Source of the DNA: Nitrospira japonica
Lineage (GTDB): Bacteria; Nitrospirota; Thermodesulfovibrionia; UBA6902
Assembly: GCA_020723105.1 (NCBI GenBank)
Contig: DYJL01000008.1
Coordinates: 10,564 to 74,563 of the forward strand
Length of the DNA: 64,000 nt
Direction: 5' to 3'
In this document: one piece after another, positions 55,896 to 64,000 of the stretch
Layout: each line of letters starts with the position of its first letter
Position numbering within the stretch: position 1 is the stretch's first letter
Program-made: the position numbers and the translations under genes
Notes under the pieces: model-generated
Database searches by the model: none
What the model was told of the DNA's origin: nothing
Seen by the model: only the letters and a program-made list of their open reading frames with translations

Positions 55896-57275
55896 TTATT
55901 TTCCTGTCAGCTTCAAAGGGTCAAGAATCCGGGATGCCTCTGTTCTATCTAACATACTTTTCTCAATAACAATCTGCTTCACAGATTTTCCAGTCCGGTA
56001 TGCTTCTTTTGAAATCTCAGCAGCGGCTGCATAACCGATTAGTGGATTCAGTGCAGTCGCCATAGCAAGGGTATTATCAGCGAAAACCATACACTTCTCA
56101 GGATCAGGTTCAATCCCTTTCAGACACTTATGGATAAATACATCCACACCATTGGTTAGAATATCAACAGAGGAGAGCAGATTATATGCTATAAGCGGCA
56201 TCATCACATTGAGTTCAAGTTGTGAAGCCTGAGTCGCGTAAGCGATTGCTGTATCGTTTCCTATAACCTGAAAACAAACCATATTTAGCATTTCTGCCAT
56301 TACTGGATTTACCTTGCCCGGCATTATTGATGAACCAGGTTGTACGGCAGGAAGCTTTATCTCTGCAAAACCTGTACGCGGTCCGGAACTTAGCAAACGG
56401 ATATCATTAGCTATTTTAGTCAGTGTTATTGACACCCCTCTAAGCGATGCACTGAGTTCAAGTGCAGGGTTTACATTCTGAATGCCTTCAAAGAGATTTT
56501 TGCATTTTTTAAATTTAATGCCAGTAATTTTTATTATTTCTCTGATAATATAATTCCGGAAGCCGGGTTTGGCGTTTATGCCAGTGCCAACTGCATTGCC
56601 GCCAATCGGCAGATAAAGAAGTGATTCAGAAGCACGGGAGATACGGTGGATATCGTTTTTAATCGCTTCTGCATAGCCGCTGAATTCTTGCCCAAGCCTT
56701 ATAGGTACAGCATCTTGCAGGTGCGTTCTTCCTGCTTTTACAATCGAATCGAACTCCCTGGATTTGTGGAATAGTGTATTTTCTAAAGTTTTTAAGACAG
56801 GAAGCAGATCGTCTCGTACAGCTTCAAACGCTGAAATGTATATTGAAGCAGGAATTGTATCATTTGTTGACTGGGCCATATTTATATGATCATTCGGATG
56901 AATTATTTTATAATCGCCTTTCTCGCCTTTTAAAATTTCAATCGCTCTGTTTGCGATCACTTCATTGGCATTCATATTCTGGGAAGTTCCTGCCCCCGCC
57001 TGGTAAACATCAACAACAAAATGACTGTCATGTCTGCCATCTGTTACTTCCTGAGCGGCTTGCTCAATAGCCTTTAATAATTTTTTCTCAATAAGACCCA
57101 ACCCGCCATTAGCCCGCGCTGCAGCCAGTTTAATTATCCCCTGTGCTCTGATAAATCGTCTTGGAAGTTTCATGCCGCTTATGGGAAAATTTTCCATGGC
57201 CCTTTTCGTTTGAGCGCCATAATAAACATTATCGGGAAGCTTTACTTCCCCAAGGGTATCTTTCTCAATTCTCAC
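55896..57275 (-). CDS. Aspartate ammonia-lyase / class II fumarase family (aspartase-like)
   Basis: The signature GSSIMPGKVNP is present. The N-terminus MRIEKDTLGEVKLPDNVYYGAQTKRAMENF is closer to AspA than FumC. Confidence 0.85.
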   Translation of the reverse strand: MRIEKDTLGEVKLPDNVYYGAQTKRAMENFPISGMKLPRRFIRAQGIIKLAAARANGGLGLIEKKLLKAIEQAAQEVTDGRHDSHFVVDVYQAGAGTSQNMNANEVIANRAIEILKGEKGDYKIIHPNDHINMAQSTNDTIPASIYISAFEAVRDDLLPVLKTLENTLFHKSREFDSIVKAGRTHLQDAVPIRLGQEFSGYAEAIKNDIHRISRASESLLYLPIGGNAVGTGINAKPGFRNYIIREIIKITGIKFKKCKNLFEGIQNVNPALELSASLRGVSITLTKIANDIRLLSSGPRTGFAEIKLPAVQPGSSIMPGKVNPVMAEMLNMVCFQVIGNDTAIAYATQASQLELNVMMPLIAYNLLSSVDILTNGVDVFIHKCLKGIEPDPEKCMVFADNTLAMATALNPLIGYAAAAEISKEAYRTGKSVKQIVIEKSMLDRTEASRILDPLKLTGK

Positions 57276-57290
57276 TTGTATTTCTCCTTT

Positions 57291-57767
57291 TCATTTGAAC
57301 TTGTTACACAGGTCCTCAATAAACGCCTGAAGTTCATTAGGACTGATGAGTTGTTCTGGCAACTGAATCTCAGTCATCCCCATTGCCTTAAACGTTTTTT
57401 TCAGAAGGTGTATAACGCAGTGGCTGATTATCTCGTCAGGCAGTGAATCGGACGCATTTTCTATCAGCAGCATTTCCTTGTACCAGCCATTGCCTGGAGG
57501 AATAATCCCTGTGCAGTGCTCTCCTTTTATTGCCTTTGGGGTCGCTCCTCTTGATAACGCTATGGCGCGAGCATCGAGATTTACCAGTTGTAATCCTCTC
57601 ATGACAGGGTTGGACATCGGGCGGTGCCGTCCTTTTGTGATGGGCATGAAACGAAACAAATCAACTCCGGTGCAGTAAACAAAAGTACCCTTATTCCTGC
57701 TTTCATCAGGCCTGAATACAAAATATAGAAAACTGTTTATATATTCGTATGATTTTTGTGCAGTCAT
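57291..57767 (-). CDS. Hypothetical protein
   Basis: 158 aa with no recognisable motif. It is co-directional with, and 15 nt downstream of, the aspartase-like gene. Confidence 0.4.
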   Translation of the reverse strand: MTAQKSYEYINSFLYFVFRPDESRNKGTFVYCTGVDLFRFMPITKGRHRPMSNPVMRGLQLVNLDARAIALSRGATPKAIKGEHCTGIIPPGNGWYKEMLLIENASDSLPDEIISHCVIHLLKKTFKAMGMTEIQLPEQLISPNELQAFIEDLCNKFK

Positions 57768-57942
57768 GAAAAGTTAAAAGGTATTAACTAAAGAACACTC
57801 ATAGTTATTCAAAAAAGTTTTGCTATATTATATCGAATTATTTATAAAGAATGTTATAACGATTTTTTTAAAGACGCTTCTTACAGTTTTTGATTTAAAA
57901 TATTTTGACAGTGTTGATATTGCTTCTTTATAATGATTCATT

Positions 57943-58617
57943 ATGATCCCTGTTTATGAAATAATAATAAGACTTCTTCTGGGAGCAATTATAGGCGGAA
58001 TCGTCGGCTTTGAGAGGGAAATTCATGGAAGGGCTGCGGGTTTTAGAACACAGTTAATTGTTTGCGTTGCTTCAGTATTAATAATGATTGTTTCTGAAAA
58101 TTATTATTTCCGAATTCACAGTCTCGATTCAACGCTTCGAATTGACCCTGCAAGGATTGCAGCAGGCGCATTAATAGGAATCGGCTTTTTGGGTGCAGGG
58201 GTAATTATTAAGAGCGGTTTCGCAATAAGGGGGTTAACAACAGCTGCATCCATCTGGATCATCTCCGCAATCGGACTGGCCATCGGCGGAGGACTCTATT
58301 TAGAAGGAATCTCTACCTTTATCATTACCATTATTGCACTTATGTCTCTACGTACCCTTGAGAAAAAAATTAAAGTGCTCAGATATAAAAATATTACTGT
58401 TTCAACGCCATTGTCTCCGGACCATGAAGAAAATATTGCCTCATTGCTTGAGAATTACGGATTTCATATCCATTCAATTAATTACGAAAAAAATCCAGCA
58501 GGAAATGAATTTATATATAATTTTACTGTTTCTTCACGAGATAAAAACTCAATAAGGGAAATATTTCTGAAGTTGAGCTCTATGGACTTTGTTAAGACAC
58601 TGAAAATTAGCGGTTAA
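57943..58617 (+). CDS. MgtC/SapB-family membrane protein
   Basis: The MgtC N-terminal signature is LLLGAIIGGIVGFEREIHGRAAGFRTQLIVCVASVL. A C-terminal ACT-like soluble domain follows. Confidence 0.75.
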   Translation: MIPVYEIIIRLLLGAIIGGIVGFEREIHGRAAGFRTQLIVCVASVLIMIVSENYYFRIHSLDSTLRIDPARIAAGALIGIGFLGAGVIIKSGFAIRGLTTAASIWIISAIGLAIGGGLYLEGISTFIITIIALMSLRTLEKKIKVLRYKNITVSTPLSPDHEENIASLLENYGFHIHSINYEKNPAGNEFIYNFTVSSRDKNSIREIFLKLSSMDFVKTLKISG

Positions 58618-58630
58618 TGATTAACAAAAA

Positions 58631-59545
58631 TTATTGCGCAGTTAACAGTTTATTGAAAGGGTATCTTCTTAAAAAACCCACAAACTGTTCAATGGTATGT
58701 GAAGGTTCTTTTGATTTTCTATAGACAAGAGAAAAATCTCTTACGAACTTCTCCTCTTTAAAGACTGCCGTCTTAAGGCTTCCATAACGGCACTCTTTCC
58801 TGGCGGCCCATCTTGAAAGTACTGAAATACCAAGGCCTTCTTCCACAGCGCTTTTTATGGATTCTGTACTGCCCATGATAATTGATATCTTTAGATTTTG
58901 CTGTGTGATGCCATGCTTTGATAGATATTTCTCTATAGCTTCTCTTGTGCCAGAGCCCTCTTCTCTGAAGATTAGGGGTTCCTTTGCAAGTTCCATGATG
59001 GAAACACTCGATTTTTTAGCAAGGTGATGATAAGGCGACATTATAAGTACCATTTCATCTGGTATGAGTTTTTCAAGAAGAAGTTTTTGCTTATTAACTT
59101 CTCCCTCTACAAGTCCGATGTCAACACTGCCGGCGTTCAGAAAATCTATAACGCCCTTTGTATTACCGACATGTATATGGACGCCAACTTTTGGAAATTT
59201 TTTCTTAAAATCAGATACGACGTGGGGGAGTATATAGTTGCCGATTGTAGAACTTGCTCCGACTGTAATTACACCTTTTACGAGACCAGTGATGCCACCT
59301 ATTTCCTTTTCTGCAGCTTCATAAAGCGAATTAATTTCTTTTGCATACCGATATAGCAGTTCGCCGGCATTTGTTAGAGTGATGACGCATCCGGAACGAT
59401 TAAAAAGTTTGGTGCCATACATCTCTTCAAGCGCTTGAATCTGAAGGCTGACAGCGGGTTGGGTTAAACGAATTATTTCTGAAGCCCTTGAAAAGCTTTT
59501 TGTTTCTGCGACGATGCAAAATACCTTTAACTTGTGATCATCCAT
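58631..59545 (-). CDS. LysR-family transcriptional regulator
   Basis: An N-terminal HTH (FSRASEIIRLTQPAVSLQIQALEEMYGTKLFNR) precedes a periplasmic-binding-protein-like effector domain. The start is set at MDDHKLKVF. Confidence 0.8.
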   Translation of the reverse strand: MDDHKLKVFCIVAETKSFSRASEIIRLTQPAVSLQIQALEEMYGTKLFNRSGCVITLTNAGELLYRYAKEINSLYEAAEKEIGGITGLVKGVITVGASSTIGNYILPHVVSDFKKKFPKVGVHIHVGNTKGVIDFLNAGSVDIGLVEGEVNKQKLLLEKLIPDEMVLIMSPYHHLAKKSSVSIMELAKEPLIFREEGSGTREAIEKYLSKHGITQQNLKISIIMGSTESIKSAVEEGLGISVLSRWAARKECRYGSLKTAVFKEEKFVRDFSLVYRKSKEPSHTIEQFVGFLRRYPFNKLLTAQ

Positions 59546-59700
59546 AATGGTAAGTAATAGTAACTTTAACAAATTGTAAAAGTCAATTCAACCATTTCGT
59601 ATTTCGTTTCGTATTTTCGTATAGATTTTTACGTGAGGCAACAGGTTCATCGAATTACACTTTACACGATTGTCCGATTTTTGGGGGCCACCTCTTAACA

Positions 59701-60807
59701 TTATATTTTTATCAAGATTCTCTTCTTATATAACCAATAACAAAGATACCATTCAAGTCCCAGTATTGTTACATAAGTCATCAGATTTGTAATGCCTTCT
59801 GACGTATTAAGCTGCCTCAATAATCCTTTAGTAAACATAGCTACTGTTTCGTATAGCCACATCTTTCCTATGGTTCTGCTGAAAATATAGATAAAAATAG
59901 GATTTATCCCAATAATGACAAAAGCCATAGCCCACTTTTGGTAACCTTTTATATCAGTCAACCAGTAAAGAAACGCATAAGTAATTAAACACCAACCACC
60001 AGAAGCAATAATAAATGGGCTTGTACTTAAGTGTTTGTTTATGGGAGATATATTTACTAAATCAATTCCATGACCAACTACAACACCTACGATACCAAAC
60101 AGGAGAAGGATTTTAAGCTTCTCAGTAGCATTACGCTGACTCATTAATAGATTTCCTACCACCACCCCCCATATCGCATGTGCCGTTGTGGGAAGAAAAT
60201 TGATAAAAACCCACCCGGCAGGATGAGTTTTTCCCATTAAAACTAAATCAATAAATGTGCCAAAATTTTGTCCTTTTACAAAAAGCTGATCGAAACCGTC
60301 AATTGCAGAAAACCTGTATAATATCTCCGTAATAAGTAGTAGCGAAAAAGAGAAAATCAGTTTAGTGGAATTACGAAACCTGAGAATCAAAAATGTTATG
60401 AATATATTAAGAGATAGTATCGTTAGAATATTCCATAATTCCCACACCAATTTTTGACGAACGCAACATGATAGAACAAGTCCAAGAACAAACAAAATAA
60501 TACTGCGAAATGAAATATGTTTGAACGTTTGTATGTAACTTTCACCCCGGTTCCATCTTCTGTTTATTGAAAGAGCCATTGCAACACCAAGAATAAAGGT
60601 GAAATACGGCTGTATAAGATCCCAAAAATACATGCCATGCCATTCATGATGAAAGAATTGTTTAACGAGTCCGTTAATGAAAGGCTTTTCTGGAGCTACA
60701 AAAGTTAGTAAATAAAAAATATCTACATGTTCCGCCAAAAGAAGGAACATTACTATTCCACGAAAGAGATCAATAGATACTAAACGTTCATTATCTAATC
60801 TGGCCAT
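59701..60807 (-). CDS. Polytopic membrane protein, acyltransferase-3/HGSNAT-like (DUF1624/DUF5009-type)
   Basis: It has about 10 TMs. The N-terminus SIDLFRGIVMFLLLAEHVDIF is typical of this family. Confidence 0.45.
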   Translation of the reverse strand: MARLDNERLVSIDLFRGIVMFLLLAEHVDIFYLLTFVAPEKPFINGLVKQFFHHEWHGMYFWDLIQPYFTFILGVAMALSINRRWNRGESYIQTFKHISFRSIILFVLGLVLSCCVRQKLVWELWNILTILSLNIFITFLILRFRNSTKLIFSFSLLLITEILYRFSAIDGFDQLFVKGQNFGTFIDLVLMGKTHPAGWVFINFLPTTAHAIWGVVVGNLLMSQRNATEKLKILLLFGIVGVVVGHGIDLVNISPINKHLSTSPFIIASGGWCLITYAFLYWLTDIKGYQKWAMAFVIIGINPIFIYIFSRTIGKMWLYETVAMFTKGLLRQLNTSEGITNLMTYVTILGLEWYLCYWLYKKRILIKI

Positions 60808-61152
60808 GTCTGTGTCATATTATTTACTGCATAATTTTCATTAAATTAATTTTATAATCTGCCCCCTCTTGAACTATAAACTTAATTTACAACCATGTGA
60901 TATAGCCTACATTACACCATATCTATATTCATATACTACAACAACCCTATTGTAAAAATAAATGACACTACATGAAAACAAATACAATAGATTACAAATA
61001 CATTTCTTAACGTATTTAAAAAATGACCATCTCAGCAGAAGATCTAAGATACAGCGGTGTAGCTCATATTTCTCTATTCAACATATTTTATTATTAATGG
61101 AGTAGACTATACTTACGCTTACAATTCTTAAACGTTTTATTATAAACCATGT

Positions 61153-62175
61153 TTGGTTGACACAAGAAGTACTATGAAGTTTACTGGAAAAGTATTAACC
61201 ATAGTATTAATAAACGTTATTCTTTTCCTTCTCGTTATTTTTCTGGCAGAAGGTATTTTCCGGATAGCTGGCATTCCATATAACGTCAAATATACCCCTG
61301 ATGAAAATTCATTTGCCAGATTTGATTCGGAACTTGGTTGGTCTTATATTCCCGATAGATCATCAATACACAATACGGAATATACACCGAAACCTGTATA
61401 TCTCGATGAGAACGGCATTCGTGTCCCTTATCCTAGTTTTAAATTTGATTACACTAAACCATCCATACTATTTATAGGATGTTCTTTTACAATGGGGCAT
61501 GGGCTATCATATGAAGAGAGTTTTGTAGGTAAATTTGCTGCTCTTAAGGAACTGCAATATCAGGTAGTCAACTTAGGAGTGCAAGGATATGGATCAGACC
61601 AGGCACTACTCGCATTAAAGAGATATTTACCAAAGTTCAATACTAAAGTTGTTGTATATACTTTTATAGAAGACCACATATTAAGGAATGGAAATTATGA
61701 TCGCCGTATGCTAAATCCTAATGCCAGATTTTTAGGGACTAAGCCTCTATTTGCTCTAAACAGCAACAACGAATTATTCCTTGCTCGAAAAGCGCTCCTT
61801 TATGATGACTATTTCAATTCGTACTTAGTTGATTTCCTAAAGATACGCATTGGCACTCTATTGGGCAACTTCCCCCATTATCCTGATGTGTTAACAAAGG
61901 CCATTATTAAGGACATGAAACAATACAGCAATGAACATGGTGCTGATTTTATTGTTCTTAATTGGAGATGGAACCCAAAAGATTATGATAAGTTATTCCG
62001 ACGTGTAGCAGACATCAATGTTATTGATACAATGGAAGATGCTCCCACCAACTGGGAGAAAATGGTCCTCATAGGAGGAAAACATCCAAATGCCGAAGCA
62101 GGTGAACATGCTGCACAGCTTCTTATTAAGCATTTCCATAAAAAAGGCCTGTTACAGAGTCAGCTTACAAAGTAA
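61153..62175 (+). CDS. Membrane-anchored SGNH/GDSL-like hydrolase-fold protein (putative polysaccharide O-acetylation accessory)
   Basis: An N-terminal TM is followed by a block-I-like motif ILFIGCSFTMG and a later GSDQ block. It is divergent from the AT3-like gene. Confidence 0.4.
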   Translation: MVDTRSTMKFTGKVLTIVLINVILFLLVIFLAEGIFRIAGIPYNVKYTPDENSFARFDSELGWSYIPDRSSIHNTEYTPKPVYLDENGIRVPYPSFKFDYTKPSILFIGCSFTMGHGLSYEESFVGKFAALKELQYQVVNLGVQGYGSDQALLALKRYLPKFNTKVVVYTFIEDHILRNGNYDRRMLNPNARFLGTKPLFALNSNNELFLARKALLYDDYFNSYLVDFLKIRIGTLLGNFPHYPDVLTKAIIKDMKQYSNEHGADFIVLNWRWNPKDYDKLFRRVADINVIDTMEDAPTNWEKMVLIGGKHPNAEAGEHAAQLLIKHFHKKGLLQSQLTK

Positions 62176-62299
62176 TAATCCTTTATAGTTAGTCAGAATT
62201 AGGCCAGTTCTTCTCAATTATTATTCAGTAGACATTTTTATATGTTAGCCAATCTACATATAAATATTTTATAATTAAAAAATTAGCGATAGGAGAATT

Positions 62300-63349
62300 A
62301 TGAAAGATTTTTATAAGGGCAAAAAAATTCTGGTCACGGGTGCTGCTGGCACGGTTGGGAAAGAGATAGTAAAGCAGCTGAACTCATTTACCCCGGCAGA
62401 ACTTCGGTTGATGGACAACAATGAAACAGAGATGTTCTTCCTTATGGAAGCATACAGGGATAAAAATGTTTTTTGTTTTCTCGGTGATGTGAGGGACCGG
62501 GACAAATTAGAAAAATTATCTAAAGATATTGATATAATTATTCACTCAGCGGCTTTCAAACATGTATATCTTTCCGAATATAATCCTTTTGATGTTGTAC
62601 AGACTAATATTATAGGCGTTGAGAATATTATAAGAGCAGCAACAGCATGCAATATAAAACAACTTCTCTTTACGAGCAGTGATAAAGCCGTAAATCCCAC
62701 AAATGTTATGGGGACCTCAAAGCTTATGGGTGAAAGACTGATAACTGCAGCCAATGCTGTACGAAATAATAATAAAACCATTTGCAGCAGCACAAGGTTC
62801 GGCAATGTTCTTGGCTCCAGAGGTTCGGTAGTGCCTCTATTCATGAAACAGATCAAAAATGGTGGTCCAGTAACTATCACGGACCGAAGAATGACAAGAT
62901 TCGTTATGACAATAGAAGAAGCTGCAAGACTGGTGTTGCAATCAGTCCTGATTTCAAAAGGAGGCGAAGTTTTTGTAACAAAGATGCCTGTAGTAAGGAT
63001 TCCGGATCTTGCAGAAGTGATGATAAAACTACTTGCCCAGAAGTATGGCTATAACCCATCGGATATAAAAACTGTTGAAATCGGAGCAAAACCCGGCGAG
63101 AAGTTATATGAGGAGCTCATGACGGATCAAGAAGTTCATCGCTCATTAGAGTTAAAGGACATGTTTGTAGTCACGCCGGCATTTAAATCTCTCTTTCAAT
63201 CCATAACATATGAATATCCTGACATCATTTCCACTCAAATACAAAAATCTTATATTTCTGAAAATGAAACCCCTTTAAATAGAGATGATCTTGAAATGTA
63301 TCTTATTGAAAATAGAGTGCTTGAAAAAGTCGAAGAATCTTATTATTAA
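62300..63349 (+). CDS. UDP-N-acetylglucosamine 4,6-dehydratase (PseB/CapD/FlaA1 family, Polysacc_synt_2)
   Basis: The N-terminus KILVTGAAGTVGKEI is present. The catalytic region reads FTSSDKAVNPTNVMGTSKLMGERL. Confidence 0.8.
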   Translation: MKDFYKGKKILVTGAAGTVGKEIVKQLNSFTPAELRLMDNNETEMFFLMEAYRDKNVFCFLGDVRDRDKLEKLSKDIDIIIHSAAFKHVYLSEYNPFDVVQTNIIGVENIIRAATACNIKQLLFTSSDKAVNPTNVMGTSKLMGERLITAANAVRNNNKTICSSTRFGNVLGSRGSVVPLFMKQIKNGGPVTITDRRMTRFVMTIEEAARLVLQSVLISKGGEVFVTKMPVVRIPDLAEVMIKLLAQKYGYNPSDIKTVEIGAKPGEKLYEELMTDQEVHRSLELKDMFVVTPAFKSLFQSITYEYPDIISTQIQKSYISENETPLNRDDLEMYLIENRVLEKVEESYY

Positions 63350-63360
63350 GTTTCAGCATG

Positions 63361-64000
63361 TCAGGAACGAACTATTAACCTTCTAACATATTCATCCATT
63401 CTTCCAAATCTGAAGTTATCTAAGAGTTTTTTAAACTTTTTCCCGCATCCCTTTTGGTTAGTATACATGATAATTCTTTCCTTAAACCCTTTGATTATTC
63501 TGGGTTGCTCCGGATCCATATCATAAGGATGTAAATAAACGACTGCCGGATATCCTTCAGTATTGATTCTCTTTATCCCTCTTTTTATAAAAGCATATGG
63601 CAGTATTCTGAAATAAAATCCCCCCGAGAAAGGAATTCTAAAGTCTGCATACTCAAGAATAGCTGGTGGAATCTCATAAATTGAGACTCCACCTTCAACA
63701 TTTAAGATATTCGGATGACGAAAAGCTTTATCATCTCCATATTGAAAGGTTTTGAAAGGGAAAATACTCGAGTCATAAAGAAATCCATATTTCTTGAGTA
63801 TCCTCACTACAAAGTCCTTATTCTTATCATTCACCGACCAGTAGGGCGCCCGAAATCCCACGATTTTCTGTTGAGAAATTGATGAGAAAATATCAAGAGA
63901 TTTGTTTAAATCTCTTTCGAACTCTTCAGCAGTCTGTTCAGTAAGCATTTTATGTGAGTAACTGTGATAAGCTAATTCGTGGCCTTCACTGACAATACGT
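63361..64000 (-). CDS. Polysaccharide deacetylase (NodB-domain) protein, 5' part of gene beyond window edge
   Basis: The frame stays open upstream of the annotated Met to the window end. The extension encodes ...IVSEGHELAYHSYSHKML..., which contains NodB motif 2 (HExxxHSxxH). Confidence 0.65.
   Translation of the reverse strand, partial: RIVSEGHELAYHSYSHKMLTEQTAEEFERDLNKSLDIFSSISQQKIVGFRAPYWSVNDKNKDFVVRILKKYGFLYDSSIFPFKTFQYGDDKAFRHPNILNVEGGVSIYEIPPAILEYADFRIPFSGGFYFRILPYAFIKRGIKRINTEGYPAVVYLHPYDMDPEQPRIIKGFKERIIMYTNQKGCGKKFKKLLDNFRFGRMDEYVRRLIVRS

Noticed and set aside
1-64000. tRNA, rRNA or tmRNA genes
   Set aside because: I found no T-loop (GGTTCGAAT-type) or rRNA-like conserved segments. 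All sizeable non-coding gaps are explained by promoters or the repeat families.

Overview
This is a 64-kb, moderately AT-rich, densely coded bacterial chromosomal window with about 58 CDS. I found no rRNA, tRNA or CRISPR by eye. The organism uses selenocysteine. A formate dehydrogenase alpha gene (11864-14557) and a TlpA/ResA-like thioredoxin-fold lipoprotein (43105-43686) each carry one in-frame UGA followed by a SECIS-like hairpin.

The metabolic content looks anaerobic or microaerophilic:
- A 9-gene minus-strand cluster (25982->14575) encodes a TAT-exported, periplasmic-type NarGH/NxrAB-like molybdoenzyme. It comprises a TorD-like chaperone, alpha, beta, a haem-b EbdC/NxrC-like gamma subunit, two membrane-anchored monohaem cytochromes c, a polytopic cytochrome-bd-like membrane protein, a radical-SAM/SPASM protein and a conserved unknown.
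- Also present are NuoE/NuoF-like genes, a Crp/Fnr regulator, tandem-USP, class II (B12) RNR, system II cytochrome c biogenesis (ResB/CcsA), an M16 peptidase pair, a two-component system, a GAF-GGDEF cyclase, and housekeeping genes (trpC, argB, hisS, proC, alr, tatA, yggS/yggT/divIVA).

The best candidate for an undescribed system is the co-directional, translationally coupled operon at 2-10812. It encodes a vWA-TM-FHA protein, an FHA protein, a PP2C phosphatase, a MotA/TolQ/ExbB-like channel, two paralogous TolR/ExbD-like single-TM proteins with ~150-200-aa K/E-rich coiled-coil stalks, a TPR secreted protein and a 1236-aa secreted protein with internal tandem repeats.

Two MITE/REP-like palindromic repeat families are present, and family A generates spurious ORFs. 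TAGGG-type G-rich tracts recur just upstream of several start codons.
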